This document shows, piece by piece, positions 19,013 through 28,642 of a stretch of DNA of 64,000 bases. The notes below the pieces were generated by a model. The model was not told the origin of the DNA. It saw only the letters and a list, made by a program, of their open reading frames with translations, and ran no database searches. How positions within the stretch are numbered: position 1 is the stretch's first letter; the number at the start of each line of letters is the position of its first letter. This DNA is from Candidatus Latescibacterota bacterium. Its GTDB lineage: Bacteria; Latescibacterota; UBA2968; GCA-2709665. The DNA lies in contig OZ244744.1 in NCBI GenBank assembly GCA_965219455.1, positions 224,001 through 288,000 on the forward strand. Reading direction: 5' to 3'. A program made the translations under genes and the position numbers.

Positions 19013-21517
19013 GTGAACCGAACCACCGTGAAGACATTTCTGCTGGTGAATTCGATCGTGCCTAACGCTTCCGCGAATATTGCCGCTTTTTCCGCGGCCA
19101 GGACGTTTCTCCGGTCTCTTCGCGGATGTGTACCGATCCTCTTACTGGGCTTAGCCTTCGACGCCCATGCGCAACCTCGCGCGGAATATACGATCAGCGG
19201 GTACGTCGAAGATGCCTCCAATGGCGAGAAGCTCATCGGCGCCGCCCTGTACGAACCCACACTGCGCCAGGGCGCCATCACCAATCGCTACGGTTTTTTC
19301 AGTCTGACCCTGCCGGCGGATTCGCTTCGAATTGTGGTTTCGTACATCGGGTTTCGTAGCGATACCCTGGCAATCCGCCTGGACCGCGACCTTCGGATGG
19401 ATCTCGCCCTCCAGCCCCTCCCCCTTGAAATGAAGACGGTTGAGGTAGAGGCAGAGCGGTTGGATCCGATCCAGGACCAGACTCGAATGGGCGTTGTCGA
19501 CGTACCCGTAAGCCAGATCGAGAACGCACCGGTCCTCATGGGCGAAGTCGACCTGATGAAGACCCTGCAGCTTCTTCCCGGAGTTCAGTCCGGCGCCGAG
19601 GGTATGAGTGGCCTTTACGTTCGGGGCGGCGGTCCGGATCAGAACCTTATCCTGCTCGACGACGCCCCTGTCTACAACGCCTCCCACCTCTTCGGCTTTT
19701 TCTCTGTCTTCAACACCAGCGCAGTCAAGAACGTACAACTTACAAAGGCCGGATTTCCTGCGCGGTTCGGCGGGCGCCTTTCCTCCGTTCTGGAGGTTGC
19801 CATGAAGGACGGCAACATGCAGACGTTCGAAGCCGAAGGCTCCATCGGTCTTGTGGCTTCCCAGGTGACCCTGCAGGGGCCTATACGCAAAGACCGGACC
19901 TCATTCATCGTTTCGGCACGGCGGACGTATATCGATCTGCTGATCCGTCCCTTTCTGGATCCCAACGAGCGGGGTGGCTATTTTTTCTACGATATCAACG
20001 CCAAGGTGAACCACATCCTGTCGCCCCGAAACCGTGTTTTCCTGAGCCTGTACGGCGGTGACGACCGTTTCTGGAGTGACATTAAGAACGAGTACACCAC
20101 CGGCAACTATCGTAGCGAAGAGGCGACGTCCGCGGATTTCGGCTGGGGCAACTTCACTTCGACGCTGCGCTGGAACATCCTCTTCAGCAACCGGCTCTTC
20201 GGCAATCTGACCGCGATCTTCAGCCGCTATAAGCTTACCTCGGACATCGACGATCGCTCCACGACACGTGACGAGGACGTCCACGAGACCGAGACCCTCA
20301 GTCTGCGCTACCACTCCGGCATCCGGGACTTCGGCCTTAAACTGGATCTCGACTACATTCCCAATCCCGCCCACTATATCCGCTTTGGCGGCAACGGCAC
20401 CTACCACACATATAGCCCCGGAGCGGCGCAGTACAGATTCAACCCCGCCAGCGGCGCCCCTGAGGATACAACACTTGGCGCTGCCCAGGCGACGGACGCA
20501 CAGGAGTTCGGACTGTACGTGGAGGACGACGTCCGCCTATCCAAACGGCTGAGGGCCAACGTGGGGCTGCACGCCTCCGGCTTCACTTTGGACGGCTCGC
20601 GCTTCGGATCCTTGCAACCCAGGGTATCGACACGTTTCCTTTTGAATTCGCGGTGGGCCCTTAAAGCGTCCTATGCCCGGATGCGCCAGTATATCCATCT
20701 GCTCTCCAACAGCACCATCGGTCTCCCCACCGACCTGTGGCTTCCGGCCACCGATCGCGCGCGTCCCGAGGGGTCGCGGCAGGTCGGCCTCGGCCTGGCG
20801 GGAACGTTGAAGCAGGGTCAGTACGAATTCAGCCTGGAGGCCTATCACAAGACCATGACCGACCTGATCGAGTACCGGGAAGGCGCGACCTTTCTGGCGG
20901 GGTTCGGCGAACACCAGGACTGGCAGGACAAGGTGGAAACGGGGCGTGGTCGGTCCTACGGCGTCGAAATGTTCGTACAAAAAAAGCGCGGCCGCACCAC
21001 AGGCTGGATCGGGTACACGCTTTCATGGACCACGCGCCGTTTCGCCCAACTGAATGAGGGACGGGAATTTCCCTTTCGCTACGACCGCCGGCACGACGTT
21101 GCGCTGGTCCTGACCCATCAGCTGACGCGCATCACGAACGCCTCGTTAAACTGGGTGTACGGAACCGGCAATGCGATTACCATACCCGTCGCGCGTTACT
21201 ATGACGAGTACGTCAGAGGATCAATTGGAGGACACGAACTCTGGACCCCCCGCGTGCTGCCCTATGAAACCAGGATCTACGAAGACCGCAACGGCTTCCG
21301 AATGTCCGCCTACCATCGGGTTGATTTCGGGTTCAACTTCGACTGGTCCAGGCACGGATTCCGTGTGGGGGCCTACAATGCATACAATCGAAAGAACCCC
21401 TATTTCATTTATTTCGACGATTTCCGTGACTCCCAGACGGATTCCAGGGAGTACCAGGCCAAACAGGTGACCCTGTTTCCGGTTCTGCCGTGGATCAGTT
21501 ACCGTTTCAAGTACTGA
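19013..21517 (+). CDS. TonB-dependent receptor with carboxypeptidase-regulatory-like N-domain
   Basis: TISGYVEDASNGEKLIGA, TNRYGFFSL, LQLLPGV, VRGGGPDQNL plug, C-terminal YRFKY. Start uncertain. Confidence 0.92.
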   Translation: MNRTTVKTFLLVNSIVPNASANIAAFSAARTFLRSLRGCVPILLLGLAFDAHAQPRAEYTISGYVEDASNGEKLIGAALYEPTLRQGAITNRYGFFSLTLPADSLRIVVSYIGFRSDTLAIRLDRDLRMDLALQPLPLEMKTVEVEAERLDPIQDQTRMGVVDVPVSQIENAPVLMGEVDLMKTLQLLPGVQSGAEGMSGLYVRGGGPDQNLILLDDAPVYNASHLFGFFSVFNTSAVKNVQLTKAGFPARFGGRLSSVLEVAMKDGNMQTFEAEGSIGLVASQVTLQGPIRKDRTSFIVSARRTYIDLLIRPFLDPNERGGYFFYDINAKVNHILSPRNRVFLSLYGGDDRFWSDIKNEYTTGNYRSEEATSADFGWGNFTSTLRWNILFSNRLFGNLTAIFSRYKLTSDIDDRSTTRDEDVHETETLSLRYHSGIRDFGLKLDLDYIPNPAHYIRFGGNGTYHTYSPGAAQYRFNPASGAPEDTTLGAAQATDAQEFGLYVEDDVRLSKRLRANVGLHASGFTLDGSRFGSLQPRVSTRFLLNSRWALKASYARMRQYIHLLSNSTIGLPTDLWLPATDRARPEGSRQVGLGLAGTLKQGQYEFSLEAYHKTMTDLIEYREGATFLAGFGEHQDWQDKVETGRGRSYGVEMFVQKKRGRTTGWIGYTLSWTTRRFAQLNEGREFPFRYDRRHDVALVLTHQLTRITNASLNWVYGTGNAITIPVARYYDEYVRGSIGGHELWTPRVLPYETRIYEDRNGFRMSAYHRVDFGFNFDWSRHGFRVGAYNAYNRKNPYFIYFDDFRDSQTDSREYQAKQVTLFPVLPWISYRFKY

Positions 21518-21533
21518 TCGTCGAGGTCCAGCC

Positions 21534-22448
21534 ATGAAGAACACATGCTTCAGAATCTCGATTCTCGTCCTCGCGTTCTCAGGATGCGAGTTGATCATCA
21601 ACCCTGATTTGCCTGAACACACGCCTCGACTGGTGATAAAGGCCTTCTTCACCCCGGACGGAGGATGGGCGGCATCCGTCAGTCGGTCCGTCGGCATTCT
21701 GGAACCCTCGCCCGGGCCCGAGCGATTGGTTACCGGCGCCAGCGTGGAACTGCTTTCAGACGGCCGGATCATCGATCGGTTACTCTTTCTCGACCGGGAA
21801 AGGGCGTATGCAAGCGAAAAACTACTGCAAACGGGCAGGTCCTACTCGTTGCAGGTGTCAGCGCCGGGCTTTGAGACCGTCCATGCGACTGACAGCGCAC
21901 CCTCACCCGTACCGACGTCCATCGAATCGTATCGCGTGGAGACCACCGATCCTGCTCCCGGGGAACCTGGCGTGTCGGCGATCACGGATTTCCGGATAAC
22001 TCTTCAGATTCAAGATCCACCCGGCGAGGAAAACCGATATCAGATTCGTGTCATTGCTCCGGATCGGTCGGGTCGATTCGATCTACGTTTTTCAACGAAG
22101 GACCCGTCCATCATCGCCGACAACCGGATTGAAGATCCTGTTCTTGAAGGCGTCGAGCCGTTTGTGGGTTCCGAGCCGTTCTTCAAGGATGTTCTCTTCG
22201 ACGGGGAATCCCACGAAATTGAGTTATCGTCCACTAACTACACGGTAGAGGCGAGCCTCGAGCGTCGAATCTGGGTCGAAGTCCGATTTGTGAGCGAGAC
22301 TTATTACAAGCACCTCCGAAGCGCTCTGCTCCACAAAACCACCGACGACAACCCCTTTGCCGAACCGGTGAGAATTCACAGCAATATTGAGAACGGGTAC
22401 GGAATATTCGCGGGTTACAGCGCGCGCACCTTCGAACTCACATTCTGA
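21534..22448 (+). CDS. DUF4249-like lipoprotein partner of the TBDR
   Basis: Lipobox LAFSGC, C-terminal FAEPVRIHSNIENGYGIFAG. Confidence 0.8.
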   Translation: MKNTCFRISILVLAFSGCELIINPDLPEHTPRLVIKAFFTPDGGWAASVSRSVGILEPSPGPERLVTGASVELLSDGRIIDRLLFLDRERAYASEKLLQTGRSYSLQVSAPGFETVHATDSAPSPVPTSIESYRVETTDPAPGEPGVSAITDFRITLQIQDPPGEENRYQIRVIAPDRSGRFDLRFSTKDPSIIADNRIEDPVLEGVEPFVGSEPFFKDVLFDGESHEIELSSTNYTVEASLERRIWVEVRFVSETYYKHLRSALLHKTTDDNPFAEPVRIHSNIENGYGIFAGYSARTFELTF

Positions 22449-22708
22449 GGCGAATCTCGCAAAACGGGTCTTCGGACACCTGGTTGTGGAACGTTATATG
22501 CGTCTTCCGCCGGGTAGTTCTGCTTAGCCGGTCAAAGAGGACAATCACTGAGATCATGGCTCCGGATACATCCACATGGCATCAGAAGCACCGGAACAAG
22601 CGCACCTCGAAACATGCTGTTCCGCGTCGATTCATTGCCGCCTCCTGGTATGGACGGAAAACGGCCAATGTTGGATCGAAAGCCAGATTGCTCCGTCTGG
22701 TTGTCTGT

Positions 22709-23866
22709 ATGCTGATGATCGGCTTGGTCCCCGTCCCCGTGCGCGCTGAAACGGAGGCAGGCGGCAAAGCAGTCTCCGCCGAAGTCGGGTATGTCGCGGA
22801 TTTGCTTCGAAACGCCTCCGGCGGCATCCGGAACGGCTCGGCCTATCTGCAGAACGTCGATGCGACGATCGAGTTCGACCTTGGGCGGATATTTGGAAGT
22901 GGGGGCGGGACGTTGTTCGCGTATCTGCTCTGGAACAACGCGTCGACGTTTTCGGATCGATACCCCGGCGACGCGCAGGTTGTCTCCAACATCGACGTGG
23001 AGCAGGCGTTCCGACTTTACGAGTTCTGGTACCAACTTTCCTTTACGGAACAGCTGAACCTGAAGTTCGGACTCTACGACCTCAACAGCGAATTCGACGC
23101 CGTTAATTCGGCGGCGTTATTCCTGAACAGTTCTCACGGAATCATACCCACCTATTCCCAAACCGGAGAAAACGGTCCGTCGATTTTTCCGGCGACGTCG
23201 CTGACCGCGCGACTCGAGTGGAATTTCGGAAACAATCTGGTGCGATATGCGCTGCTCGACGCAGTGCCCGGCGATCCCCACAATCCCTCTGCCACGGCGA
23301 TTAAATTAAGCAGCCGGGAAGGGGTTTTGCATGCCTTCGAATACACCCATGAATTTTCCGGCGCGCTGCGGTTGGGGCTTGGCGCATTCTCTTATAGTGC
23401 GGAATTCGAATCGCTTCGTGAAACCGACGCGTGGGGGAATCCCGTGCGTCGCGGCGGCAATCGCGGCTGGTACGGATTTGCCGAAGGTACGCCCTACGCG
23501 GACGCCGCCGAACGACGGTCCGTATCGGCTTTCATCCGCTACGGAACCGCGAACGGCGCCCTCTATCCTTTCGCGAACTACCTTGGCGCCGGGACGGTCC
23601 TGTCAGGATTCGTACCCCGCCGGCCGGACGACCAGATCGGAGTTTCCCTGGCGTTGGCGCGGTGCGGAGCGGATTTCGGGGCCGCCAACAACGCGCGAAG
23701 CCACGAAACGGCAATCGAAATTACGTATCTTGTGGGAATCAACGACAGGTTGCGGATCCAGCCTGATATTCAATATATCATCAACCCCGGCGCCGAAAGG
23801 ACGCTCGAGAACGCACTGGTGCTGGGCATCCGGCTGGAATTGAACCACGGATTCCATCATCGCTAG
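22709..23866 (+). CDS. carbohydrate-selective porin (OprB family)
   Basis: GDAQVVSNI, LYEFWY, GLYDLNSEF, FLNSSHG, QPDIQYIINPG. Start uncertain (ORF is open from 22484). Confidence 0.88.
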   Translation: MLMIGLVPVPVRAETEAGGKAVSAEVGYVADLLRNASGGIRNGSAYLQNVDATIEFDLGRIFGSGGGTLFAYLLWNNASTFSDRYPGDAQVVSNIDVEQAFRLYEFWYQLSFTEQLNLKFGLYDLNSEFDAVNSAALFLNSSHGIIPTYSQTGENGPSIFPATSLTARLEWNFGNNLVRYALLDAVPGDPHNPSATAIKLSSREGVLHAFEYTHEFSGALRLGLGAFSYSAEFESLRETDAWGNPVRRGGNRGWYGFAEGTPYADAAERRSVSAFIRYGTANGALYPFANYLGAGTVLSGFVPRRPDDQIGVSLALARCGADFGAANNARSHETAIEITYLVGINDRLRIQPDIQYIINPGAERTLENALVLGIRLELNHGFHHR

Positions 23867-24133
23867 CGTTCAGCACGGCCTCGTGCCTTCTCGGCGCTCC
23901 AGCCATTCCTCATTCCACAACTGGTCGATAGACAATGTGCAGCATGAGCTGTAACCGCGGTGAACGAAAATCCCGAGAACACGTACTAACCGGAGGTTGA
24001 CAATCTTCCAGGCTCGTCGACAACCGCCCCACCGGTACCCGACTGTTTGCGTAGCGAAGACTTTCTGATGACCGATATACCCTCTCCGATCCGGTGCCCC
24101 GGGCGATTGGAAAGGCCGAATAAAAGATATGAA

Positions 24134-24173
24134 AAAGAGGGAGTTGAAGGCGGTTGCCTTCAACTCCCTCTTT
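24134..24173. terminator. perfect 18-bp hairpin, bidirectional terminator-like
   Basis: AAAGAGGGAGTTGAAGGC-ggtt-GCCTTCAACTCCCTCTTT with A/T-rich tracts on both sides. Confidence 0.75.
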
Positions 24174-24189
24174 GATTTTCCACGTAAAT

Positions 24190-24218
24190 AATATAACAAA
24201 AAATCGCCCAAAAGTCAA
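24190..24218 (-). promoter_or_regulatory. sigma70-type promoter with AT-rich UP-like region
   Basis: Minus strand TTGACT-N17-TATATT, preceded by TATTATTAAAAAATTTAT. Confidence 0.65.
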
Positions 24219-24263
24219 GCACATAAATTTTTTAATAATAGGTAGTTAGAGTCCTTTTTTCTG

Positions 24264-24292
24264 TTGAATTCGTGCGTTGGGTGACCTATCTT
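24264..24292 (+). promoter_or_regulatory. sigma70-type promoter of the ABC exporter pair
   Basis: TTGAAT-N17-TATCTT about 60 nt upstream of ATG 24352. Confidence 0.5.
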
Positions 24293-24351
24293 AATCGGGC
24301 AGGCATCCAGGATACATTTTTCCAAATATGCATACATGAAGGGAGCGTCGT

Positions 24352-26265
24352 ATGCTGCCGCGATCGGACCTCGATTTTTGGGACCGACGCGAGAACGCCA
24401 CAGCGATCAGGGTAAACCTGCGTTGGGCATGGCGCCACATATGGGCTCATGCGAGGATGGCGGCGCTTTGTCTGATCGGCGCGCACATCCTGCTGGGCAT
24501 CCAACCCGCCCTGCTCATCCACGTCACCAGGAACCTCGTCGACACCGTGGTCGACCTGGCCGACGGCGGGACCTCGGGCTTCGGCGACCTCCTCCCGTGG
24601 CTGATTGCCTTCGGCGTGATCCTTCTACTCACCAGAGAAGTGCTCTGGAACGTGCGGGACGTCCTCCATCTCCGGCTGGAACAGAACCTTTCTCATATCA
24701 TGGGCCGCCGACTTCTGGAACGTTCCGCCCGGCTGCCCCTGCTGTTCTTCGACGTCAGCGGGACGTACGACCGCCTCGAGCGGGCCCACGATCCCGGGCA
24801 AAAACTGGATCGGCTGTTCTTCACGACCCTGCACGTATTCGAGGCCGCGATCAAGGCTGTCTCCGTGGCCGCCATGTTCGCCTCGGTTTCGCCGTGGATT
24901 ACCCTCGTCCTGCTGGCCGTACTGGCGCCGCAGGTTCGTCTGGATATGGAGCAGAGCCGGAGGTTTATGGCTTTCACGTACGGCGAGACGCCTGAGGAGC
25001 GCCGGGCCGGTTACGTCGACCGCATCCTGACGGGGCGGACCGAGCAGAAGGAGATGCGTCTCTTCGACCTGCACGCGCCGCTCACCAAACGCTGGCGCTC
25101 GACGCGACGGGCACTGAGGGAGCGGCTGTTGGACCAACGCCGGCGCCAGGTCATCGGAGGCCTGCCGGCCACCGGGTTGCGTGTCGCCGTGGGCCTCGGC
25201 GTGGCCGTCGTCCTCGCGTACCTGCTCGGAGGCCGGGTACTCACACCCGGACAATTCGTGGCGCTGTTTCAGGGTGTCGGCGACATGCTCGGCGCAGGAG
25301 GCAGTCTTGGCTTCAACTCCAGAGAGTTGCAGGCTCGTTCGGCCGAGGTCGGCTACGTAAGGGGTTTCTTCGACATGTCCGACGGCGTCGAACCCAAGAC
25401 CCAAACCCCTGGTGATAAAGGGGGAACCCCGTTCGCCGCGTTTCCGAGGCCGATTAAGAGTGGGCTTATCGTCGACAACGTCCACTTTGCCTACCCGGCA
25501 GCCGCTTCCGGGGATTCGGCCCTGCCCGTCCTGCAGGGAGTCAGTTTCCACCTTGCGCCGGGCGAACGCGTCGCCCTCGTCGGCGACAACGGCGCCGGAA
25601 AGTCCACGCTGGCCAGGATCCTCCTCGGTCTCTACCCTCCCACCGCGGGGCGCGTGGCAGCCGACGGTCTGGACTATGCTGACATTGACCCCGACAGCCT
25701 GTCAGACGCCGTAAGCGCCGCTTTCCAGGACTACTGCCGGTTCGAACTCACCCTGGAACAATCCATCGGCATCGGCACACTGGGCACTTCGGGTGACGGA
25801 CCAGCCGCCGAACTATGGCCCTCGTGGCTGCAACCGGACATGGCGGTGGTTCGAAAGGCCGGGCGCCGCTCTGGCGCCGACGAGCTCTCGGAACGGCTTC
25901 CCAATGGTTACGACACCCCGGTCGGGCACGTCCTCGACGGGGGGCAGGGGCTGTCCGGCGGCGAATGGCAGCGCATCGCCATCGCCCGTGCCTTCACCCG
26001 TGATCCGGAGTTGCTCGTTCTCGACGAACCGGCCGCGGCCCTCGATGCCGTGGCGGAGGCAGCGCTGTACCGGCAGTTCGCCGAACTCCTCGAGGGGCGA
26101 ACCGCCCTGCTGATCAGCCACCGGCTCGGCTCCGCGCGCATGGCCGATCGCATCCTTGTGCTGCGGCACGGTCGCATCGTTGAGGACGGACGGCACGACG
26201 ACCTGCTGGCGACCGGAGGCGTGTACGCCGGCATGTGGGAGGAACAGGCATCGTGGTACCGGTAG
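24352..26265 (+). CDS. ABC exporter, fused permease/ATPase (subunit 1)
   Basis: TM domain, GDNGAGKST, LSGGEWQR, VLDEP, ISHRL. Confidence 0.93.
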   Translation: MLPRSDLDFWDRRENATAIRVNLRWAWRHIWAHARMAALCLIGAHILLGIQPALLIHVTRNLVDTVVDLADGGTSGFGDLLPWLIAFGVILLLTREVLWNVRDVLHLRLEQNLSHIMGRRLLERSARLPLLFFDVSGTYDRLERAHDPGQKLDRLFFTTLHVFEAAIKAVSVAAMFASVSPWITLVLLAVLAPQVRLDMEQSRRFMAFTYGETPEERRAGYVDRILTGRTEQKEMRLFDLHAPLTKRWRSTRRALRERLLDQRRRQVIGGLPATGLRVAVGLGVAVVLAYLLGGRVLTPGQFVALFQGVGDMLGAGGSLGFNSRELQARSAEVGYVRGFFDMSDGVEPKTQTPGDKGGTPFAAFPRPIKSGLIVDNVHFAYPAAASGDSALPVLQGVSFHLAPGERVALVGDNGAGKSTLARILLGLYPPTAGRVAADGLDYADIDPDSLSDAVSAAFQDYCRFELTLEQSIGIGTLGTSGDGPAAELWPSWLQPDMAVVRKAGRRSGADELSERLPNGYDTPVGHVLDGGQGLSGGEWQRIAIARAFTRDPELLVLDEPAAALDAVAEAALYRQFAELLEGRTALLISHRLGSARMADRILVLRHGRIVEDGRHDDLLATGGVYAGMWEEQASWYR

Positions 26266-28070
26266 AACCCGATCCCATTCTGACGCGTCCTCGCGGGCCC
26301 CGCACCCTCCTCCGATTCCTGGGCTGGATGATCCGCGCCGAGCCGGGGAGGGCCATCGCCGCATTGGGGCTGGATCTCGCGGTAGGCGTGCTGCCGGCCG
26401 CAATGGTCTGGGTCGTACGGGAACTGTTCGATCGTGGCCTCGGCGTGTACGAGGGCCAGCTACCGGTCAATGCCATGCTTCCGTGGCTGGCCCTGTGGGC
26501 GGCCGTTATCGTGGCGGAAACCGGCATTCAGACCTGGACCCGATTGATTTTGCTCGAGCGAGTGAAGCAGGAACTGGAAGATCGGCTGCTTGAGCAACTC
26601 CAGGTCAAGTCCCGGGCGATTCACCTGGAGACCTTCGAGCGGGCCGACTTCCACGACCTCCTGCGCCGCGCCCAGGAGGCAGCCAAACCCGGCTTTTTCC
26701 TGAACCTCTTCGGCGAAATCCGATCAATTCTTACCGGAGCCGTGACGGCGGTTTCCGTCGCCGTCGTTGTCGGGCTCTGGAACCCGGTACTCCTCCTCGC
26801 CGTCGTGCTGGTCTCATTGCCGCCTCCCCTGATGAGCATGATTCACGACCGCGGCAGGTTTTACACGTTTCGACGGTCGACGCAGGCGCAGCGGCTGCGC
26901 GGGTACCTGGAAAGGACGCTGACGGAGCGAGAGGCCGCCAAGGAGGTGCGGGTGTTCGGCCTGGGTCCCGCCCTGACCGGCTGGTGGGAGTTCCTCTACT
27001 GGCGAGTTGCCGATGCCATCTATCAACAGCTTCGCAGGAACTGGGTCCTTCGAGGTTTCCTTTCGGCGTTCAGTCTCCTGGCGTTCGCCGCCGGCGTTGG
27101 ATGGTCGGCATGGGCGGTCCTCGAGGGTGGGCTGTCGGCGGGACAGTTCGCCGCCATGATCGTCGCTCTGCGCCAGGTGCGCCAGAGCGTCGACGGGGTC
27201 ATCGGCCGGATTGGATACCTTGGCATCCGGCTGTTAAACATCGCCGACCTGTTCATCTACCTGGACCTTGGCCCTGAAGAGCCGACCGGCGGAGCCGAGA
27301 TCGCATCACTCAAGGGAAGCACGATCGTAACCAGGGACCTCTCCTTCCGCTATCCCCAGGCAGAGCGTCACGCTCTCAACGAAATCACCTTAACCATCCG
27401 ACCCGGTGAGAGGATCGCCCTGGTCGGCGCGAACGGATCCGGTAAGACCACCCTCGTCAAGCTCCTGCTGGGGCTGTTCCACCCCACCGCCGGCGAACTG
27501 GACTACGGCGACCTCGCGGCAAACCGGACGAACCGGGACCAGTTCTGGAACCGGTCCACGGCGGTCTTCCAGGATTATACCCGTTTCGCCTTCACCCTGG
27601 GTGAAAACATCGGTTTCGGCCGATGGGAGCGGATGCAAGAGCCGGGCAAAATCGAGCGCGCGGCGCGCCGAGGCGGGGCGGACGCCGTGGCCAGCCGGCT
27701 CCCGGAGGGATATGAAACCCTGCTTGGCAGGGAGTTCGAAGGCGGCACGGAGTTGTCGGGCGGGGAGTGGCAGAGGGTTGCGATTTCGAGGGGTTTCATG
27801 CGGGACGCCGACCTCGTCGTCCTCGACGAACCCACGGCCTCCCTGGATCCGAAGGCCGAGGCCGACGTGTTCCGGCGCTTTCTCGCCATGGCCGGAGGGA
27901 GAACCACGATCGTGGTCTCCCATCGGCTGGGCTCGGCGCGGATGTGCGACCGGATCCTCGTCCTCAAGGAAGGCCGGCTCGTCGAAGCAGGAACCCACGA
28001 CGAACTGGTCTCCCGAAGCGGAGAGTACGCCCGGATGTGGGCGCTGCAGGCGGGATGGTATGGAGAGTAG
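26235..28070 (+). CDS. ABC exporter, fused permease/ATPase (subunit 2)
   Basis: TM domain, GANGSGKTT, LSGGEWQR, VLDEPT, VSHRL. Overlaps the end of subunit 1. Confidence 0.93.
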   Translation: MGGTGIVVPVEPDPILTRPRGPRTLLRFLGWMIRAEPGRAIAALGLDLAVGVLPAAMVWVVRELFDRGLGVYEGQLPVNAMLPWLALWAAVIVAETGIQTWTRLILLERVKQELEDRLLEQLQVKSRAIHLETFERADFHDLLRRAQEAAKPGFFLNLFGEIRSILTGAVTAVSVAVVVGLWNPVLLLAVVLVSLPPPLMSMIHDRGRFYTFRRSTQAQRLRGYLERTLTEREAAKEVRVFGLGPALTGWWEFLYWRVADAIYQQLRRNWVLRGFLSAFSLLAFAAGVGWSAWAVLEGGLSAGQFAAMIVALRQVRQSVDGVIGRIGYLGIRLLNIADLFIYLDLGPEEPTGGAEIASLKGSTIVTRDLSFRYPQAERHALNEITLTIRPGERIALVGANGSGKTTLVKLLLGLFHPTAGELDYGDLAANRTNRDQFWNRSTAVFQDYTRFAFTLGENIGFGRWERMQEPGKIERAARRGGADAVASRLPEGYETLLGREFEGGTELSGGEWQRVAISRGFMRDADLVVLDEPTASLDPKAEADVFRRFLAMAGGRTTIVVSHRLGSARMCDRILVLKEGRLVEAGTHDELVSRSGEYARMWALQAGWYGE

Positions 28071-28078
28071 AAGACGTA

Positions 28079-28180
28079 TTAATTCGGGATATATTGCTTG
28101 CGCTTCTTCGACATGGACCCCTCCTTCACGGAATTGGTGGCAGCCGCCCGGCGTCATTCCCGTACCAAAAAAACCGCCTG
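28079..28180 (-). mobile_element. IS3-family-like left-end remnant
   Basis: AAGGAGG RBS then MSKKRKQYIPN*, resembling the IS3 OrfA start MSKKRKQYSPEFK. Preceded by IR-like GGCGGTTTTTTTGGTACGGGAATGACGCC. Confidence 0.5.
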
Positions 28181-28181
28181 C

Positions 28182-28289
28182 CTTAGCAGCCCGTTGAAAA
28201 AGTCCATCCGGTCTGCGGCCGGCTCTTGTGGCCGAATTACTGCGTTGCTCGGCCTCGCCTGCAGAGCAACTTTTCAACGGACTGCTAAG
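28182..28289. mobile_element. MITE with IS5/IS1182-type terminal inverted repeats
   Basis: CTTAGCAGCCCGTTGAAAAAGT ... ACTTTTCAACGGACTGCTAAG, no internal transposase. Confidence 0.7.
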
Positions 28290-28327
28290 CCTTCTGGACG
28301 TGGGCGGTATTCTGGGAGCCACTTGAT

Positions 28328-28642
28328 TTATATGTTTGTTCCGGATCGAACCCTATCCAAATATCTGTCAGATTCATCATGTGATTCTATGTATAGAATT
28401 CGAGCATTGTTTTCTTCGATCACAAATCCTATTCGATGTTTTTTCCCAATGCGAGCGGTCCAAACATCGTCTACCTTCTTGAGCCTCCTTCCCGGCAGAA
28501 CGACTTGCTCCTGGAGTTCTTTGTAAAATCTCCCAAGATTGTTTCTTGTGTTTGGGGGTAGTTTTCTGGCAGATTTCTCGACGCTTTTGTTGTGGTACTC
28601 TATTTGTTCTATGGGTGGAAATCGATACCCATGCACATTCAA
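28328..28642 (-). CDS. RelE/ParE-fold toxin-like protein
   Basis: 104 aa, basic. SARKLP..LKKVDDVWTARIGKKHRIGF..ILYIESHD pattern. TTGA overlap with the upstream gene. Confidence 0.72.
   Translation of the reverse strand: MNVHGYRFPPIEQIEYHNKSVEKSARKLPPNTRNNLGRFYKELQEQVVLPGRRLKKVDDVWTARIGKKHRIGFVIEENNARILYIESHDESDRYLDRVRSGTNI

Noticed and set aside
22484-22708. 75-aa N-terminal extension of OprB
   Set aside because: Non-protein-like sequence preceding the signal peptide, likely not translated.
23870-24224. 113-aa and 104-aa minus-strand ORFs
   Set aside because: They run through promoter and terminator elements and have no RBS or motifs.
24134-24240. AT-rich tract plus palindrome as a CRISPR leader and repeat
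   Set aside because: Single copy, no spacers and no cas genes in the window.
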